A DNA stretch of 64,000 bases, from contig OX597814.1 of NCBI GenBank assembly GCA_951406725.2, forward strand, positions 127,100,001 through 127,164,000. The letters are read 5' to 3'. This DNA comes from Octopus vulgaris. Its lineage: Eukaryota. The position numbers and the translations under genes are program-made. The notes beneath the pieces are model-generated. The model searched no databases, had not been told where the DNA came from, and worked only from the letters and a program-made list of their open reading frames with translations. Of the stretch, positions 1-13,208 are shown piece after piece (positions within the stretch are counted from its first letter, which is position 1; the number at the start of each line of letters is the position of its first letter).

Positions 1-139
1 GGCGTTAGGAAGGGCATCCAGCTGTAGAAACACTGCCAGATCAGACTGGAGCCTGGTGCAGCCTCCTGGCTTCCCAGACCCCGGTCAAACTGTCCAATCC
101 ATGCTAGTATGGAAAACAGACGTTAAACAATGATGATGG
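1..139 (+). repeat. RTE 3'-tail interspersed repeat
   Basis: ggcgttaggaagggcatccagctgtagaaac...ccatgctagtatgg...(GAT)n, same layout as 34800-34948. Confidence 0.9.
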
Positions 140-938
140 TTACCTTAAGGCCTTTCAATTCTATGTTTAGCTACCATTCTTGGAATTTCTTCTCCAAATC
201 CTCTATGGATTCAGTTACGAGGACTAGTCATTAGTGTACAGGGCAGCCAGTGTTAAACTCCTTTGTGATGGATAGGAGAGGGCTGAGAGCCCTGATGGAT
301 TCTAACCCTCACACTAAATTCCTCACTGAAATTGTTGACTCTTCACTTTATTGCATCTTTGTACATGGCTTGCACAGCTCTCAAAAGCCATTTGTTAATA
401 CTTAATTTCCTTAGTGACCACTAGGTTACTCTATGTATGCATGTATGAATTTTTATATAAACCTACAGTCTCACCTTCTTGCAAGTGGTTTGTTTCTAGT
501 GAAAACATGTCCAGCCATAGGGAAATATTATCTTAGTTGGAAATAGGTGGAGTTGGTGATAGGAAGGGCATCTGGTTAAAGAAAATCTGCTTCAACAAAC
601 TAACCCATACAAGCATGGATGTTAAAGATATATATACACACACACAATATGTGGGATAAACTGGCTTTGGGAAGAATGACAAGTGGACATTGGCAGCTGT
701 AGTAAAGTTATGTGGTATATTACAGCTGGTGAGTGTAGGTATGTGTTGTCTGATAACAATCAGGTGTACATAGAGAAAATGTAGTCTGGTTTGTTGAAGT
801 AGTAGTTACATATGAGCTAGCAACTTTGTAGGAAAATACATTAAAGAAGCCATATCCAAAAAATAAAGCTTCTTCCACAAGCATACACTAACAGTAAAGC
901 AGTGAAATATAATTGAGCTTTATTTTCAAATACTTTAC

Positions 939-996
939 CATTCATAATATCGGTGGTCTGGACAAAACTTTCAACATTCTTCAACTTGGTTGTCAT
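939..996 (-). CDS. Possible first coding segment of an unidentified minus-strand gene (MTTKLKNVESFVQTTDIMN + G)
   Basis: ATG at 996, open to the donor ATG|GTAAAG at 938; possible acceptor tgcAG near 1306; no recognisable homology. Confidence 0.2.
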
Positions 997-1849
997 ATAC
1001 TGTTTACAACATTCACAACCAGTGTTTTGTTAATGATTTATTGCTATTTACTTTCTCTGTAAGATCCTCTTATTTTCTAGGTTTGTCGTGTTAGGATATC
1101 AACAAAAACTTATCTGTCCTATTAGTCAAGTTCATTTCCTTCTAGGTATAGATTTTAAGCTGTTGCCAACTTCTGGTATTTTTTAAATTTTGCTACAGTT
1201 ACAGTTGATTTTTCTGGGTTAGTAGCTGGGAATCAATTGTTTTACTCAGCTGAAATGTTAACTTCAATATACCAAGCACAAAGTGTACATGTTTGCAAAT
1301 GCTACCTGCAATATCATAATGTAGCAAAGTAGCGATTTGTTACATTAAGATATATACCTGAACTACTGATGGCTTTGTTATAAAGTTTTAGAAGGAGAAC
1401 CTGTTTGGAGCAACAGATGTATTTGCTAAATACAAGTACGCAAATCTAGTGTAAAATATCAATTATATAAATTACATACAGAAAGAAATGAATGAAAATA
1501 AACAGGACTGCAATAATAGGAACTACAACAACTATCCATATAGTTGATATACTTACTCTTCCTCACTGGCACTCATCTGAGTCTTTAACCCCACTGCATC
1601 ACATAGACTGCAAGCTCTACTTCCTCCCAAGCTGTAGCCAGTTGTTCTGGTTCCTTGCCAAAAGTTCTCTCAATTTTTGGAACCTTACCAAATATCTCCT
1701 CAACCATAATGGTTGTGTATGTACCTCCACAGAGAAAGCTTCAATGTTTTCATACTTGGTAAAACTCTACAAAAACTTCCTATATCTATTCTACCAAGCT
1801 TATCACTACCTATATATACATATCAAGTATAAAAATGCTTTTGGTTACT

Positions 1850-2450
1850 CCATACCAACAAGAGCAATGACTCTGACAACATACCCTCCATTAATCTCAA
1901 ACAGTGGCATACCCTTGCCAAATCTCTTCAAAATTTCTTTTTCTATAGAAATCTACTCTGGTTTTTGGAAACATGCTATAGTATGTTCCATCTCCAGGAA
2001 GATAAACTCCTATGATCTGTCAACTATCAATCTGTTGCTCTCACTTCCAACAACTCGGGAAGTCATGGAAACAGTTGCAAACAACAACTCTCCTTAGCAA
2101 ATCCTACAGAGCCAGGTCTGCAGGAGCCTGCTTTTCATTATCATTTACAGAAGTTCACTCTTTTGGCTCCATCTGACTCTAGACTCTTAATCATAGATTA
2201 GAAGCTTCTAGTAGGATGATACTCATACAGCTTCTTTAGACAAGGTTATCTTTGACTTGCACTTCATCAACTCAGGTGTACTCCTAAGGCTTGATTATAT
2301 CACTCATACTATTTTGTACATTATTGATCAACTTATCTTCAACAAAATTCATTCCTATGCAAATAATACCACTCTTCATTCCTCACCCAGTAAGTATCAT
2401 ACAAGACTTCATAACTCATGATCCTTTCTGGTTTTCTCACTCTCATAATT
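1850..2450 (+). mobile_element. Old non-LTR (Jockey/CR1-group) RT remnant
   Basis: C-terminus of ORF 1492..2097 (LPNLFKISFSIEIYSGFWKHAIVCSI...EVMETV) resembles the RT-proximal LF..S...G.FP..WK.A.V motif; very degenerate. Confidence 0.6.
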
Positions 2451-4759
2451 TATCAAAAATTGTGTTCTAAAGAATAGCCTTCCTGTTTATAGCAAAATAC
2501 TTCAGCCCAAAGCTAGTGAGACCCACAATGGAATTTTGGTTCCACATTTGAGATGGTGATGTTGCTATACATGAAAACATCCCAGAATGCATTTGAAATA
2601 TCTAGCTGATTAGTAGGAACTCATCATCACCCTACTACAACCTCTAACCCACAAGTACAGCATCTCTTCAATCAGCCTAATCTACTATTAATACAACCTT
2701 GCATCCAGAAAAACTAGTCGCATACCACTTCTGCTAAAGCCTACATGCCTCTCCTAACAGGCACTACACTAACCACTATGCCCAACCCATCCTCCTCTAG
2801 AATTGACTTTCCACAAATATTGACTCGTATGTTTAAGCTGATTAGACTATGCAGTCCTTTCCTAATGAGTGTACATACAAAATGAGAAAACAAAAAAAAA
2901 TCTACCAAATACTTAAGTCTTTCTGACAGTTCTCCTTTGAACCAATGAGAGAACTTTTATGTGGTGACTCAACTTGCAAGAAATAGTGACTGAACCTCCT
3001 TCAAATCACACCATCTTAAACTATGCTTTCCTGAATTTTTATTCTTATACTTTTTTCCATATTCACTTCCACAGTTCCTCTCACCAGGTACCTTCATCAT
3101 TTCTCCACACATGACCCAGCCATCTCATCTCATTTCACTTCATGACTTGCTCATTTTCTATCATTCCCTGCAATTTCATGTTCTCCACTTTCTGAACTAA
3201 ATGCAAAACTTCAACCTTCAACTTTTTAGAACAGTAAGATTGTATTATGTTCATAACTTTCTATAACATATGAGTAGCAAAAATAAGTTTTAACAAAGAA
3301 TCAAAACTGGATGACAGAATCTGTTCAGTAATAGCTCTCATCTGTTACTAATAGAATGCAAACTGCCCATTCAAAAGAGCATACCAGGCATGTATATTAT
3401 TTTCAAAATTTTATTTATGTCACACTTTTTATACTTCATAGCATGCCTTTTGTGCAGAAAAAATAAAACACTTTTAACTTCCTGAATATCACATGTTTCT
3501 TACCGCAGCTACCGTACATCTACTACAAAAATCTTAAATACTAATTAGGTCACAGAAATTTACTTCTAATGAGCCACTGAGCACACCATGAGTACTGAGA
3601 CTATTAACTACTTCTGTACAGCTGAAGACTGAATTCCCAATCAATCTACCAGAGATCCTTAGCACTTTTTGTGAAGCTACTGCTTGTACTGACTATATAA
3701 TATTGAAATTCCCACCAATTTCCATAACAATAATAGTTACATCAGACTTCAATGTGACGTGTATAGTTTAGTGTTTGAACGAACTAGTTGCTTTTTCTAC
3801 TTTGGAAGAATGAACTGCTACGGTTAGACTTTAACAAGATCTGAAAAAAATTTATAAATCAACAGGTGAAATATTTCAGTGTTTTGTTACTGAGCCATCA
3901 GCTGTTGGAACCTTTTTATTCTGCTAATTTTTTGCCTGTTGTCTAGTTGCTCAAGACATGGTCCCAATAATACAGAAATTAGCTTAGGTACTATATTAGC
4001 ATAATGGGTAACATAACTAATACCGATATTATTGTTAGTACTATTGCTATAATAGTTGTAGGTATCATTGGTATTAACTGTTGTTATTGTTTTTTATTTG
4101 ATGCTGAAGAGAAGTTTTAGCCAGCTTTCTATTGGCTATATAAAGTCAGTACCGCTTCTATTGGTTGTTATATATAATATTGAGTAATCGTTATAACTAT
4201 CCGACCGACCTACCAAGTTCTATCTCTATAGCCATGATGAGAAACAAATATTCAGATATACAAAGACATCCTCCGAATATTAAGGGGACAGTCGCATCAG
4301 AGGGTAGGTGATATTAATTTGTACGGACTAATCTTTTTTATAATTGCTTTCATTGTTGTTGTAATTGGTTTAACATGTTTCGTAAAAATAACCACATATA
4401 GTCACAGTGGTGATGGGATGTGTCACGAAGGTATATTCTGGTAACATACAGCTCGTTATAGATATTTTGTATGAAAAGAAAACCACTGCAAACCTTTGAA
4501 ATGTTGAATTTTATTTCAAATGCATGAAACAGTGTGATAAGAATAATTTTTCAAGATATTTTTGTAGTAGTATCTCTTTAACATTTTCATTATTTTACAA
4601 AATTAAATGCTTCGAAATACTGCATTAAGTAAATAAGACGTGCTACATTTAACATAGTTCATTTTTTTTTATAAACTATGTTTTAACAGATCGATAAGTT
4701 CTGGATATATATTTATACATAGGCGATATAATATTGAAACAATACAGCAACGTGTTATA

Positions 4760-5327
4760 GGTGGAAGTAGCTTTACTGACACTAATAACGAAAACAGTGA
4801 CATTTTAGCCTCAATGGAAGGATTCTGGGAGCAACGAGTTGTCATTTTAAGATTAGGTAGTAATAATAAGAAAAGCTAAATAAACAAACTTTGTAAAGGA
4901 TTACTAAAAGACGACAATGTTGTAGACAGACAATAGTAAGTGACAGAGGGAGAGAGACGCCATTTTAGCAGTGCTAGGTTAGTGAGGCAACGATGGCAAT
5001 TTCAACAGACATTATCATTTATACTGCATTGATGTGTGTTTTATAAAGGAAAAAATTAATGAATTCACCATTCATTTAAACTAAAACCACTGCTTTTAAT
5101 ATAATATAAACGTTTGGCCAAGAAAACAAATACTTACGTCAGCTTCGGCTTAGAACCTAGATGAGGACGCTTGTGCAGTGTATGAAGAGAAACATTAGTG
5201 TTGATTGGTTGTTGGAATTGTAGTTAACCAATGGTAGATGTCGTTAGATATCTGTGTGCGTGTGTGTATGTGTACACCAAACACAAGTGTCTACCATCGC
5301 ATGTGGCCGACAGTTAAGAAGAAAAAT
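4760..5327. promoter_or_regulatory. Putative bidirectional promoter / 5' region
   Basis: Visibly CpG-richer and free of the common repeats; CCAAT boxes on opposite strands (ATTGG 5204-5208, CCAAT 5228-5232); YY1-like CGCCATTTT near 4958-4966; divergent splice donors at 5137 (-) and 5350 (+). Confidence 0.5.
5138..5200 (-). other. Putative non-coding first exon of a divergent transcript (5' boundary unknown)
   Basis: Minus-strand donor GAC|GTAAGTA at 5137, head-to-head with CNEP1R1 exon 1; no open ORF runs to the donor from the nearby ATG. Confidence 0.35.
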
Positions 5328-5349
5328 ATGTCTTTTGAACAAACAGAAG
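5328..5349 (+). CDS. CNEP1R1: CNEP1R1 coding exon 1 (MSFEQTE + first base of Asp)
   Basis: ATG TCT TTT GAA CAA ACA GAA G|GTGAGA. The phase-1 G joins the AT of exon 2 to give D(LKAFERR). It resembles the vertebrate N-terminus (MNSLEQAED, from memory) and lies in the CpG-richer promoter-like region. Confidence 0.85.
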
Positions 5350-6944
5350 GTGAGAAAATACTCTCAACTTATCTTCCTTCTCCAAATTCTACCACCTCGA
5401 GCTTTACTGACCATTATATTCATTGGGTATGATTTCAGTCTTCTTCCGTGATCATATAAAAATGATCATATTGTCCGTTTTAGAATATATATATCTATAT
5501 ATATATAAATTTCTTCCTTTCACTTTTAAAAATTCACCGAGTAAAACTATTACCAATATGTCAATTAAGATCGACAGATCCGTCACCGCATGCAAAACAC
5601 ATGTACTTTCTGTTAGTTTCGTTTATCCACTTGACAACAACAAGCAATTTAGCTAAAATTTACTAATTTTCTTCGATGAATTACGAATATTTAATTATTC
5701 ATATTTTGTTTATTTTCAACGTTTTTGTGTGTGTTGCGTTGGCATTGAATCGAAAGTGTTTAACTGTAACAATAAATAATTTTTTTTTAAAAATAACAAT
5801 CATTACCATTCATATGGATGTATTCGATCTCGGCACTTGTCAGTTTCTAGTTTGATTCTCCACCACCCAATCATATTTTCGTCTGTCTCTTATCCTTTAT
5901 ACTTCCTACTCATCAACCAAAACCCTTTTCCAGATGGAACTGTAATTTTGTACTGTTTACTACTAACTAGCACCTGGCTCTTTGCTGTGTTGATTGACCT
6001 TTAGTCTGTTTGACCATACTTCCTATTTCGGAACTTTTTTCTGCGGTCGTACACCAGATTAAACAATCGGAATCACGTCAGTAGCTAGCAAATAAAAGTT
6101 ACCGCGGTCATCCAGTCCCAAACTTCTTTTCGTGTTATTGTGATAAGGACTATAATTAATAGAGAAAGAGAGAGAGTTGAGGACAGAGCTCTGATAAGTT
6201 CTAATTTGCACAGTATGTATATTCATCACTAGTTGATCCGTATCTTGTTTGTGGCACCCTCATACAAAGCTTAAACAGCATCCTTGCTTTCTCGACACCA
6301 CCAGACTTTTAGGCTTCCTCTAGGCTGATAAATGCAGAGTCATTTGTTCTTAGCTAAGAATTTTTGTTTCAGTTATCCCACTAGAAATATGACCTCTATA
6401 GTTTAACATTCTGGTAAAACACCAAACTGCATCTTATCTGGACAAACCTTATCTATTTGCTACTAATTTCACTGTGTTTTTGGTTTCCGTATATTCAAAT
6501 TTCTAGTTGTAGTATTTATTAACCTCCCTCAAATTTAAACCTCATTACTCAGTGTCGAAGAATATAATCATCACCTAGGAAACGATGTTCACAGCCGTTT
6601 GGCCTGTCTTATTTCCTGTTAAGAATGAAATTCGGTTCGGCTTTCGTCTAAATGGTACATGTCTAGTTGGTTGAATTATTGAAATTCGTGTTGCAAATTG
6701 CCAGATCATTTGCATAGTAAACACAAGAAATAAATGTTATTTCTCGAGTGATATCTATTAACTTCCATGTTCACAAATGTAACCATCTGTGTGTTTTAAA
6801 TATTGAAGTTACCAACTGTAATAATGATGAATGATAAGATTACTATCATTTTAAAACTGGTTTGTACATTCAAATATATGATGATCTAAGAATTTTTTCT
6901 ATATGCGTTTTACCAAAAAATAAACAAACAAACATGGTTTAGAG

Positions 6945-7231
6945 CAGTGGTTTTCTATGTTATGTGACTCGGTACCTTTTTTTTTAATGAAAGACATTTT
7001 ACAAACGCCACTTCTCATGTTTTGAAAATAATAGTGGAGGTGGGGGGAAGAAAAACAAAACAAAATAAAAGGAAACAGCTGAATATTTTAATCCAACAGA
7101 ATCTAATTTTGCATATTTGTTATCATTAGCCACTGATGACACAATGTACTACTCATATTCTAATTGTGACAAAGAATTTTTTTTAATTTTGAAAATGCAT
7201 TTAAAATATATGTACCTGGTTTGAAATACTG
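6945..7231. mobile_element. hAT-type MITE
   Basis: CAGTGGTTTTC...GAAATACTG ends flanked by a perfect 8-bp TSD GTTTAGAG (6937-6944 and 7232-7239). Confidence 0.75.
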
Positions 7232-7489
7232 GTTTAGAGTTTGGAATATTGAAGTTATAGTTCTCAATATTTAAACTGTCATTTTATTATTTTCCTGACT
7301 TCAGGCAATGTATTGAATCCCCAGCTTTTTGCAATCTCTCTTTCTAGCTACTCCGATCCACCCTTATATAATGTGGGCTGGCCATGTATTTCTCACTGGA
7401 AGATACCTGTACCTTTAAATTACATCTGGCATAAAATCACCTCCCTCTCTTCTACATCCCTCTCAGTTGAGGCAGCTTTCTCATTGTCT

Positions 7490-7695
7490 TGCAAGCAACT
7501 TGGCAACCTCACTAGTGCTGGTGTCCCTCAAAAAGAACAGAGTACACTCTGTTAAGTGGTTGGCATTCGGAAGGGCATCCAGCCAAAGAAACCATACCGA
7601 AACAGGCATTGGAGCTCGACTTGATCTGCTTCATCAGATGCTGTCAAAGTGTCCAACCCATGCCAGCATGGAAGATGGACATTAAATGATAATGT
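7490..7695 (+). repeat. RTE 3'-tail interspersed repeat (another decayed copy at about 8140-8500 +, one at about 9225-9420 -)
   Basis: gtggttggcattcggaagggcatccagc...aacccatgccagcatggaagatggacattaaatgat. Confidence 0.8.
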
Positions 7696-9821
7696 TTTTA
7701 AGTTTATCCTATCAGAGTTTTTATTTGATGGAATTCTTGCATCTTGATATTGTACATCTACCACATATGCACATTTCAGAGTGCCTCTCCAAAAAAGACA
7801 TCTGCTGCATCAATAAGCCTTCTCTTGCCATACTCTAGGAATTTTAACACACAAACATATTGAGTCCTTTCATTGACCCTTTTATCATCATTACATTGAT
7901 TGCTGCTCCCCTGAAAGTGGTCTTACCCCATCTCATTTAACTGAATGTAATTACCATTCCCTCTTGTCATCTTCACAGAGTCTTATGACTCGCATCTCAT
8001 TACCCATCTCTATTACTATGCATCACTCTTTCTCTTTTCTTCTATTGCTCTCTCACCCACTCTGTCTACTATTCAGTTTCTCAGCCTATGCCTTCAGTGA
8101 ACAACTACATCACAAAATAGTGTGGACTTAGTCTTATAAGATACAAAGCAACCTCACTAGTACTGCTGATAACATGATAAAATGAGCCACCCTCACCACC
8201 TGTAAAGTAGTTGGCAAATAGGTGGAGATGATGTAGGGTCTAGAGAGTAATTTTGTCTTGTTGCAGACATGACAATCTCTATAGTACTGGTAGCATGATA
8301 AAATGCACCCAGTACACTCTATAAGGTGGTTGGTGATGGAAAGGGCATCCAGTTTTAGAAGCCAAACCAAAAATGAAACCTACGTGGTTCTCCAACCTAA
8401 CAAGGCAGTAATTCTAAATAAATAACTGACTTGGATTGTGTTGATTCATCCAGTCCATTCCTGCATGGAAGACAGATGTAAACTGATGATGATAATAATG
8501 ATCTTAAACCAAAACATAAGGCAATGACACAACTTCAGCTACAACAGTAGCTTGACTAGTACTACTGATTATAAATAGCAGCCAAATTTCACTGAACACA
8601 ATTTTTTATTATCTTAAAATGGAAAGGATGTATTGAATAATATGGTTCTGGATCATACTAATAAAACAATGGGGTAGTCATAGTTGGAGTGCTTTTGATC
8701 AGTCAGGGTTAATCTGAACTTAGAGAACAATTTTAAAGGAGCAAAGTTCTGGAAAGGTTAGTTTTAATGAACACTTTGGAAAGATTGGATAATGTTTGTG
8801 TTATTTATTTATTTGAAATACTTTCCTCCATCTCTTGTGTAAGTCAACCCTAATTGAGTAGATCAAAGGTATTCCAGTTATGACAGTTGTGGAATATAAC
8901 TTTGAGAGAGATTAGAGACAGAGGGAGGAAGATATAAGACCAAGTTTACATGAAATTTGTGTATAAATCTCTCAAAAAGGAAATCTCTGTATTACATGTT
9001 CTTATGGTTTATTTTCAATCTGAGAGTTTTTATATAATCCATGCTAAAAGTCAGTAACTTACTCTTTCTGGTATCTTCTTTGATATCAATCCAGGTAATG
9101 TATATGTTGTTGTTGTTTAGGCCTGGGTTTGGCTCATTCCGTAGACCTATGATTAAACATACTTCATCCATGGTCATCCATTTTATTTAGTTATCGTGTT
9201 TTATTATTTATATATTTAGATTGTCATCATCATCGTTTAACAACTACCTTCTAAACTGGCATAGGCTGGACTGTTGGGGGATTTAGATATGCTCCATTGC
9301 CTGCTTTGGTTTGGTTACTACAGCTGGATGTCCTTCCTGATAACACTTTAAAAATGTATTGGGTGCTTTTTTCAGGACACCAGTACTAGTGAGGTCACTA
9401 TGTAGTTTGCAAGACTAAGATCACCTTCAACCAAATGGGACTTTAGCTGAGAGAGAAGCAACTTTCTGCTAAGTGACAATAGGTTAAATTATGAAGTGCT
9501 GCAGAAACGATACTGAGATACTCACAAGAGTGAGTGGCAGTAATTAGGGTGGAGCTGGAAAAAAGATAAAGATGGTAATGACAAGGCATCAAGATGGGCC
9601 CTAGGAACAGAAGAATAGGGAAATGGAGTAGGGGTGGGAGGCAGATATACTAAATGATGAATAAGGGTCAATGTTTCTAGGAAATCTAATCGGTCCTCTT
9701 TTTTAAAACAATAGGTGTGCCTTGAGGGAGTTTTAGCTGCTACTTCCAGTAAGTTGTATGATCATATGGAAGCTCCTTTAGCATTTTATTTAACTTCCAT
9801 TGAAAGCAGGCATATCTTCTT

Positions 9822-11800
9822 CAACATCATCATTTAACATTTGTTGTCCATGCTGGCATGGGCTGGATAGTGTGGCCAGAGCTGGGAAGCTGAGAGACTT
9901 CACCAGACTCCAGTCTGATGTGGTATGGTTTGTACAGCTGGATGGCCTTCTTAACACCACCACTTTACAGAGTGTGTTGGACGCTTTTATGTGGCACTGC
10001 ACGGGTGCTTTTACATGGTGCCGCACGGGCACGTTTATGTAGCACTGCATAGGTGCATATGTGATGCCACACAGGTACTTTTATGTGACACTGCACTGGT
10101 GCTTTTACATGGCACCACCACAAGTGCCTTACATCACCAGAAGGATTGGTCTTGACACTTCTGCTGTGGGGTACGGGTCTTCTTGAGTACAGCCAGGCAC
10201 CAAGTATCTCGGTCTTTTGTCATCTTGCATGAAAGGTTCAGTTTCTTTAGGTTGTTCTTCAGTACTTCATCCCTTATCTTCCTAGGTTTCCCACTTCCAC
10301 ATGTTCCACCCACTTTGAGAAGTCAGTATTTGTTTATAGAGCTGTTGAAATCCATCTACATTACATGACCAAACCAGCACATCTCTCTTGCTCACAGCAA
10401 CCAATTCCTCTTATGCCTAACTTCTCTCTCGATAGACTAGCACTCTGTCAAACATGTACACTTACATTACACATCTAACAAAGCATACTAGCCTCATTCC
10501 TTTCTAAACTTTGCATGTCCTCTGCATTCAAGGCCCGCGTCTCGCTACCATGTAGAATTGCTGTGTGAAAACATGCATCATACAATCTTCTTTTCACTCA
10601 GAGAGAGAGAGAGAGACCTTTCATGGCCAACAGAGGTAACAACTCTCTGAATTTCCTCCATCCTATTCTTATTCTAGCTATGACACTCTTCATGCATCCT
10701 CTCCCACTACTAATTTGGTGCCCTAGGTAACAGAAATTATCTACTTCTAATGAGCCACCAGGGCATTTGTGAGAATCAATTTCTCAAGTCTCTAAAGTTT
10801 TTATGGACTCTGTGCATCTTCCACATACAAAAACTATCTTCTCTGATAACCATCCAATTAACCCACTGCACCTCTTGTGTGTCCATAGCTTGCACCGGGT
10901 ACACTGTATGGAATTCCTGCCTACACCTTTCCTAAAATCAGACAGAGCCACCTACCCGAGTGGGGTAGGGTCCTGTCAGTTTTCTTGCTTATTAAGACCT
11001 TAGTCTTTGCTAAATTAACCTTAAGGCCCTTAGATTCCAGGTTTTGCTTCCACACCTGAAATTTTACTTCTAGCTCTGATATGGAATCTGTTATGAGGGG
11101 AAGATCATCAGCATATAGTTGTTCCCAGGGGCTGCCAGTCTTGAATTCTTCTGTTATGGTCTAGAGGACAATGATGAAGAGAAGGGGACTAAGGACTGAG
11201 CCTTGATAAACCCCTACTTGTATACCAAATTCTTTGCTGTATGCGTGGTTAACTCTCACTTTACTGACAGCATCTTTGTACATGGCCTGTACAGCTTTCA
11301 CCAGCCACTTGTCTATCCTTAGCCTCCTCAGAGCCCACCATATCACACAATGGAGCAGGCTTTCTCTAGATTGATGAATGCCAGGTAAAATGGCTTATTC
11401 TTAGCTAAATACTTCTCTTGCTGTTGCTTCACTGAATATATCAGTAGTGCTTCTTCCCTAGACAAAGCCGAATTGCATTTTGTCTAGCCTAATTCTGTTC
11501 CCAATTAATCGGGCAATAACTCTCTCTGTAATTTTCATCCTCTGATCCAGGAGTTTGATGCCTCTATAGTTGCTTCTATCTAATGCATGACTCTTACCCT
11601 TGTAGCAGCTAACAATTATGCTGCTATACCAGTCTTTGGGTATTACACTTTCCTGAATGACCTGATTAACTATGTGGGTGACCAGCCCATAACCTACCTT
11701 ACTGGATATTTTGAGCATCTCAGCTGTGATTCTGGATGGATGAGGGGCTTCCCCAGTTTTCATGTTTTTAATTGCTTTATCTACCATACTGCTATCCACT
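9822..11800 (-). mobile_element. 5'-truncated RTE-clade LINE (RT to 3' tail), related to the 31.9-34.9 kb element
   Basis: NYRGIKLLDQ...MQFGFV, QGSVLSPLLFIIVL and PWEQLYADDL (about 11101-11130); 3' tail ...catggacaacaaatgttaaatgatgatg at about 9822-9860. Confidence 0.93.
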
Positions 11801-12149
11801 TGGTTGTTGTTCAGTTCGTGTGGCACCCATTTCTCAAGTATTTCTGTTTTTCCAAACTCTTTCAAGTGGTTGGAAATTGTTGTATATGTTATGTCTAATT
11901 TAGAAGCAAGCTCTTGAACAGTTGTGCGTGGATTGGCTTCCACTAAGGCTCTTAGTTGATCGTTGTCAACATCCAATGGCTGACCACTATGCTTATCATC
12001 TTCAAGACTCTTGTCACCGCTACGAAATTTCTTGAACCACCATTGTGTTGTACATTCATTCGTAAGTAATTTAACGAAAATTAATTTGAAAATACATCAT
12101 TTAAAGCTAAAATTTAAAATTCCACTAGAAATTTCTTGACAACCTGATA
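11801..12149 (-). mobile_element. Mariner (Hsmar1/cecropia-like) 5' remnant
   Basis: QWWFKKFRSGDKSLEDDKHSGQPLDVDNDQLRALVEANPRTT...KWVPHEL; TIR-like end TATCAGGTTGTCAAGAAAT next to a TA at about 12150; internally deleted. Confidence 0.9.
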
Positions 12150-12940
12150 TAAGCAAATACAGATAGACACCCAAGCACGTTTGCAACGGTTCACATACAA
12201 TAGAGTGGAGTGGGGGGAAGAGATAATCCCTAAACCCATGAGCTCAATGGTGAGGACAACAACAACATCAACCATAATGACAAGAACAATAACAATATAT
12301 CAGCAATATCAACTACTGTACAAACAGCCACAATCATAAATCACAGATAAGGGGTTTAGTGGTCGTCAGTTCATTGACAAGTTCTATAATATCAGTTTTA
12401 TATATAAAGTTCTCTGGCAGAAAAATAAAGCATTTTTGTAAGAATTTTCATAGTCTGTAGTGAGTGACAAGTAGTGTATCACCCACCCTTCACTATTTCA
12501 CTTGCTCACATTAACCATCCTGTGTACCATTACCTATTATACACACATACTATGTTGAATCTAACCATACACACATGTACACACACATTCTGCTATGTAT
12601 CTATGCTCACATAACAATACGCACACTCATGCACAAACTCTGTCCACGCTATTATATTGTATGTAACCAGGCATAGTAGGCTATTATTACTCTTATACAC
12701 TCCCTGATGCACCCCGTCCTTCACATGATCATATGTTTGTTGGTTTTCACAAAACCGGTTGATTACTCAAGTGTATTATATAATTCTATCCAGCTCAGTA
12801 AGTTAAAAGGCCTATGTGACCTGCAGTTGTAAGGAATGCACATGGTATTCTGTAGAAGAGTACATTGTTATGTGTAATTTGGTCTATTGTGTTCATGTGG
12901 TACTGTCACAATACAGTACTCCATAATATATATATATATT

Positions 12941-13208
12941 GGTGCGTGTTGTGTTCTTGAGCAAGGCACTTTATTTCACGTTGCTCCAGTTCACTCAGCT
13001 GTAGAAATGAGTTGCGACGTCACTGGTGCCAAGCTGTATCGACCTTTGTCTTTCCCTTGGATAACACTGGTGGTGTGGAGAGGGGAGGCTGGTATGCATG
13101 GGCGACTGCTGGTCTTCCATAAACAACCTTGCCTGGACTTGTGTCTAGGAGGGTAACTTTCTAGGTGCAATCCCATGGTCATTCATGACCGAAGGGGGTC
13201 TTTACCCT
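12941..13208 (+). mobile_element. CORE-like SINE (5'-truncated)
   Basis: tgttgtgttcttgagcaaggcactttatttcacgttgctccagttcactcagctgtagaaatgag; collinear with the copy at 49930-50230. Confidence 0.75.

Noticed and set aside
1492-2097. 201-aa ORF as a host gene
   Set aside because: Its C-terminal part resembles a decayed LINE RT, and no host domain or splice structure is evident.
4230-4310. C/D-box snoRNA (ATGATGA with flanking cctacc/ggtagg)
   Set aside because: No properly placed CTGA D box on the same strand.
5238-5432. 64-aa ORF as an independent gene or N-terminal extension
   Set aside because: Only codons from 5328 match CNEP1R1. The upstream part includes a TG-repeat and the downstream part is intron read-through.
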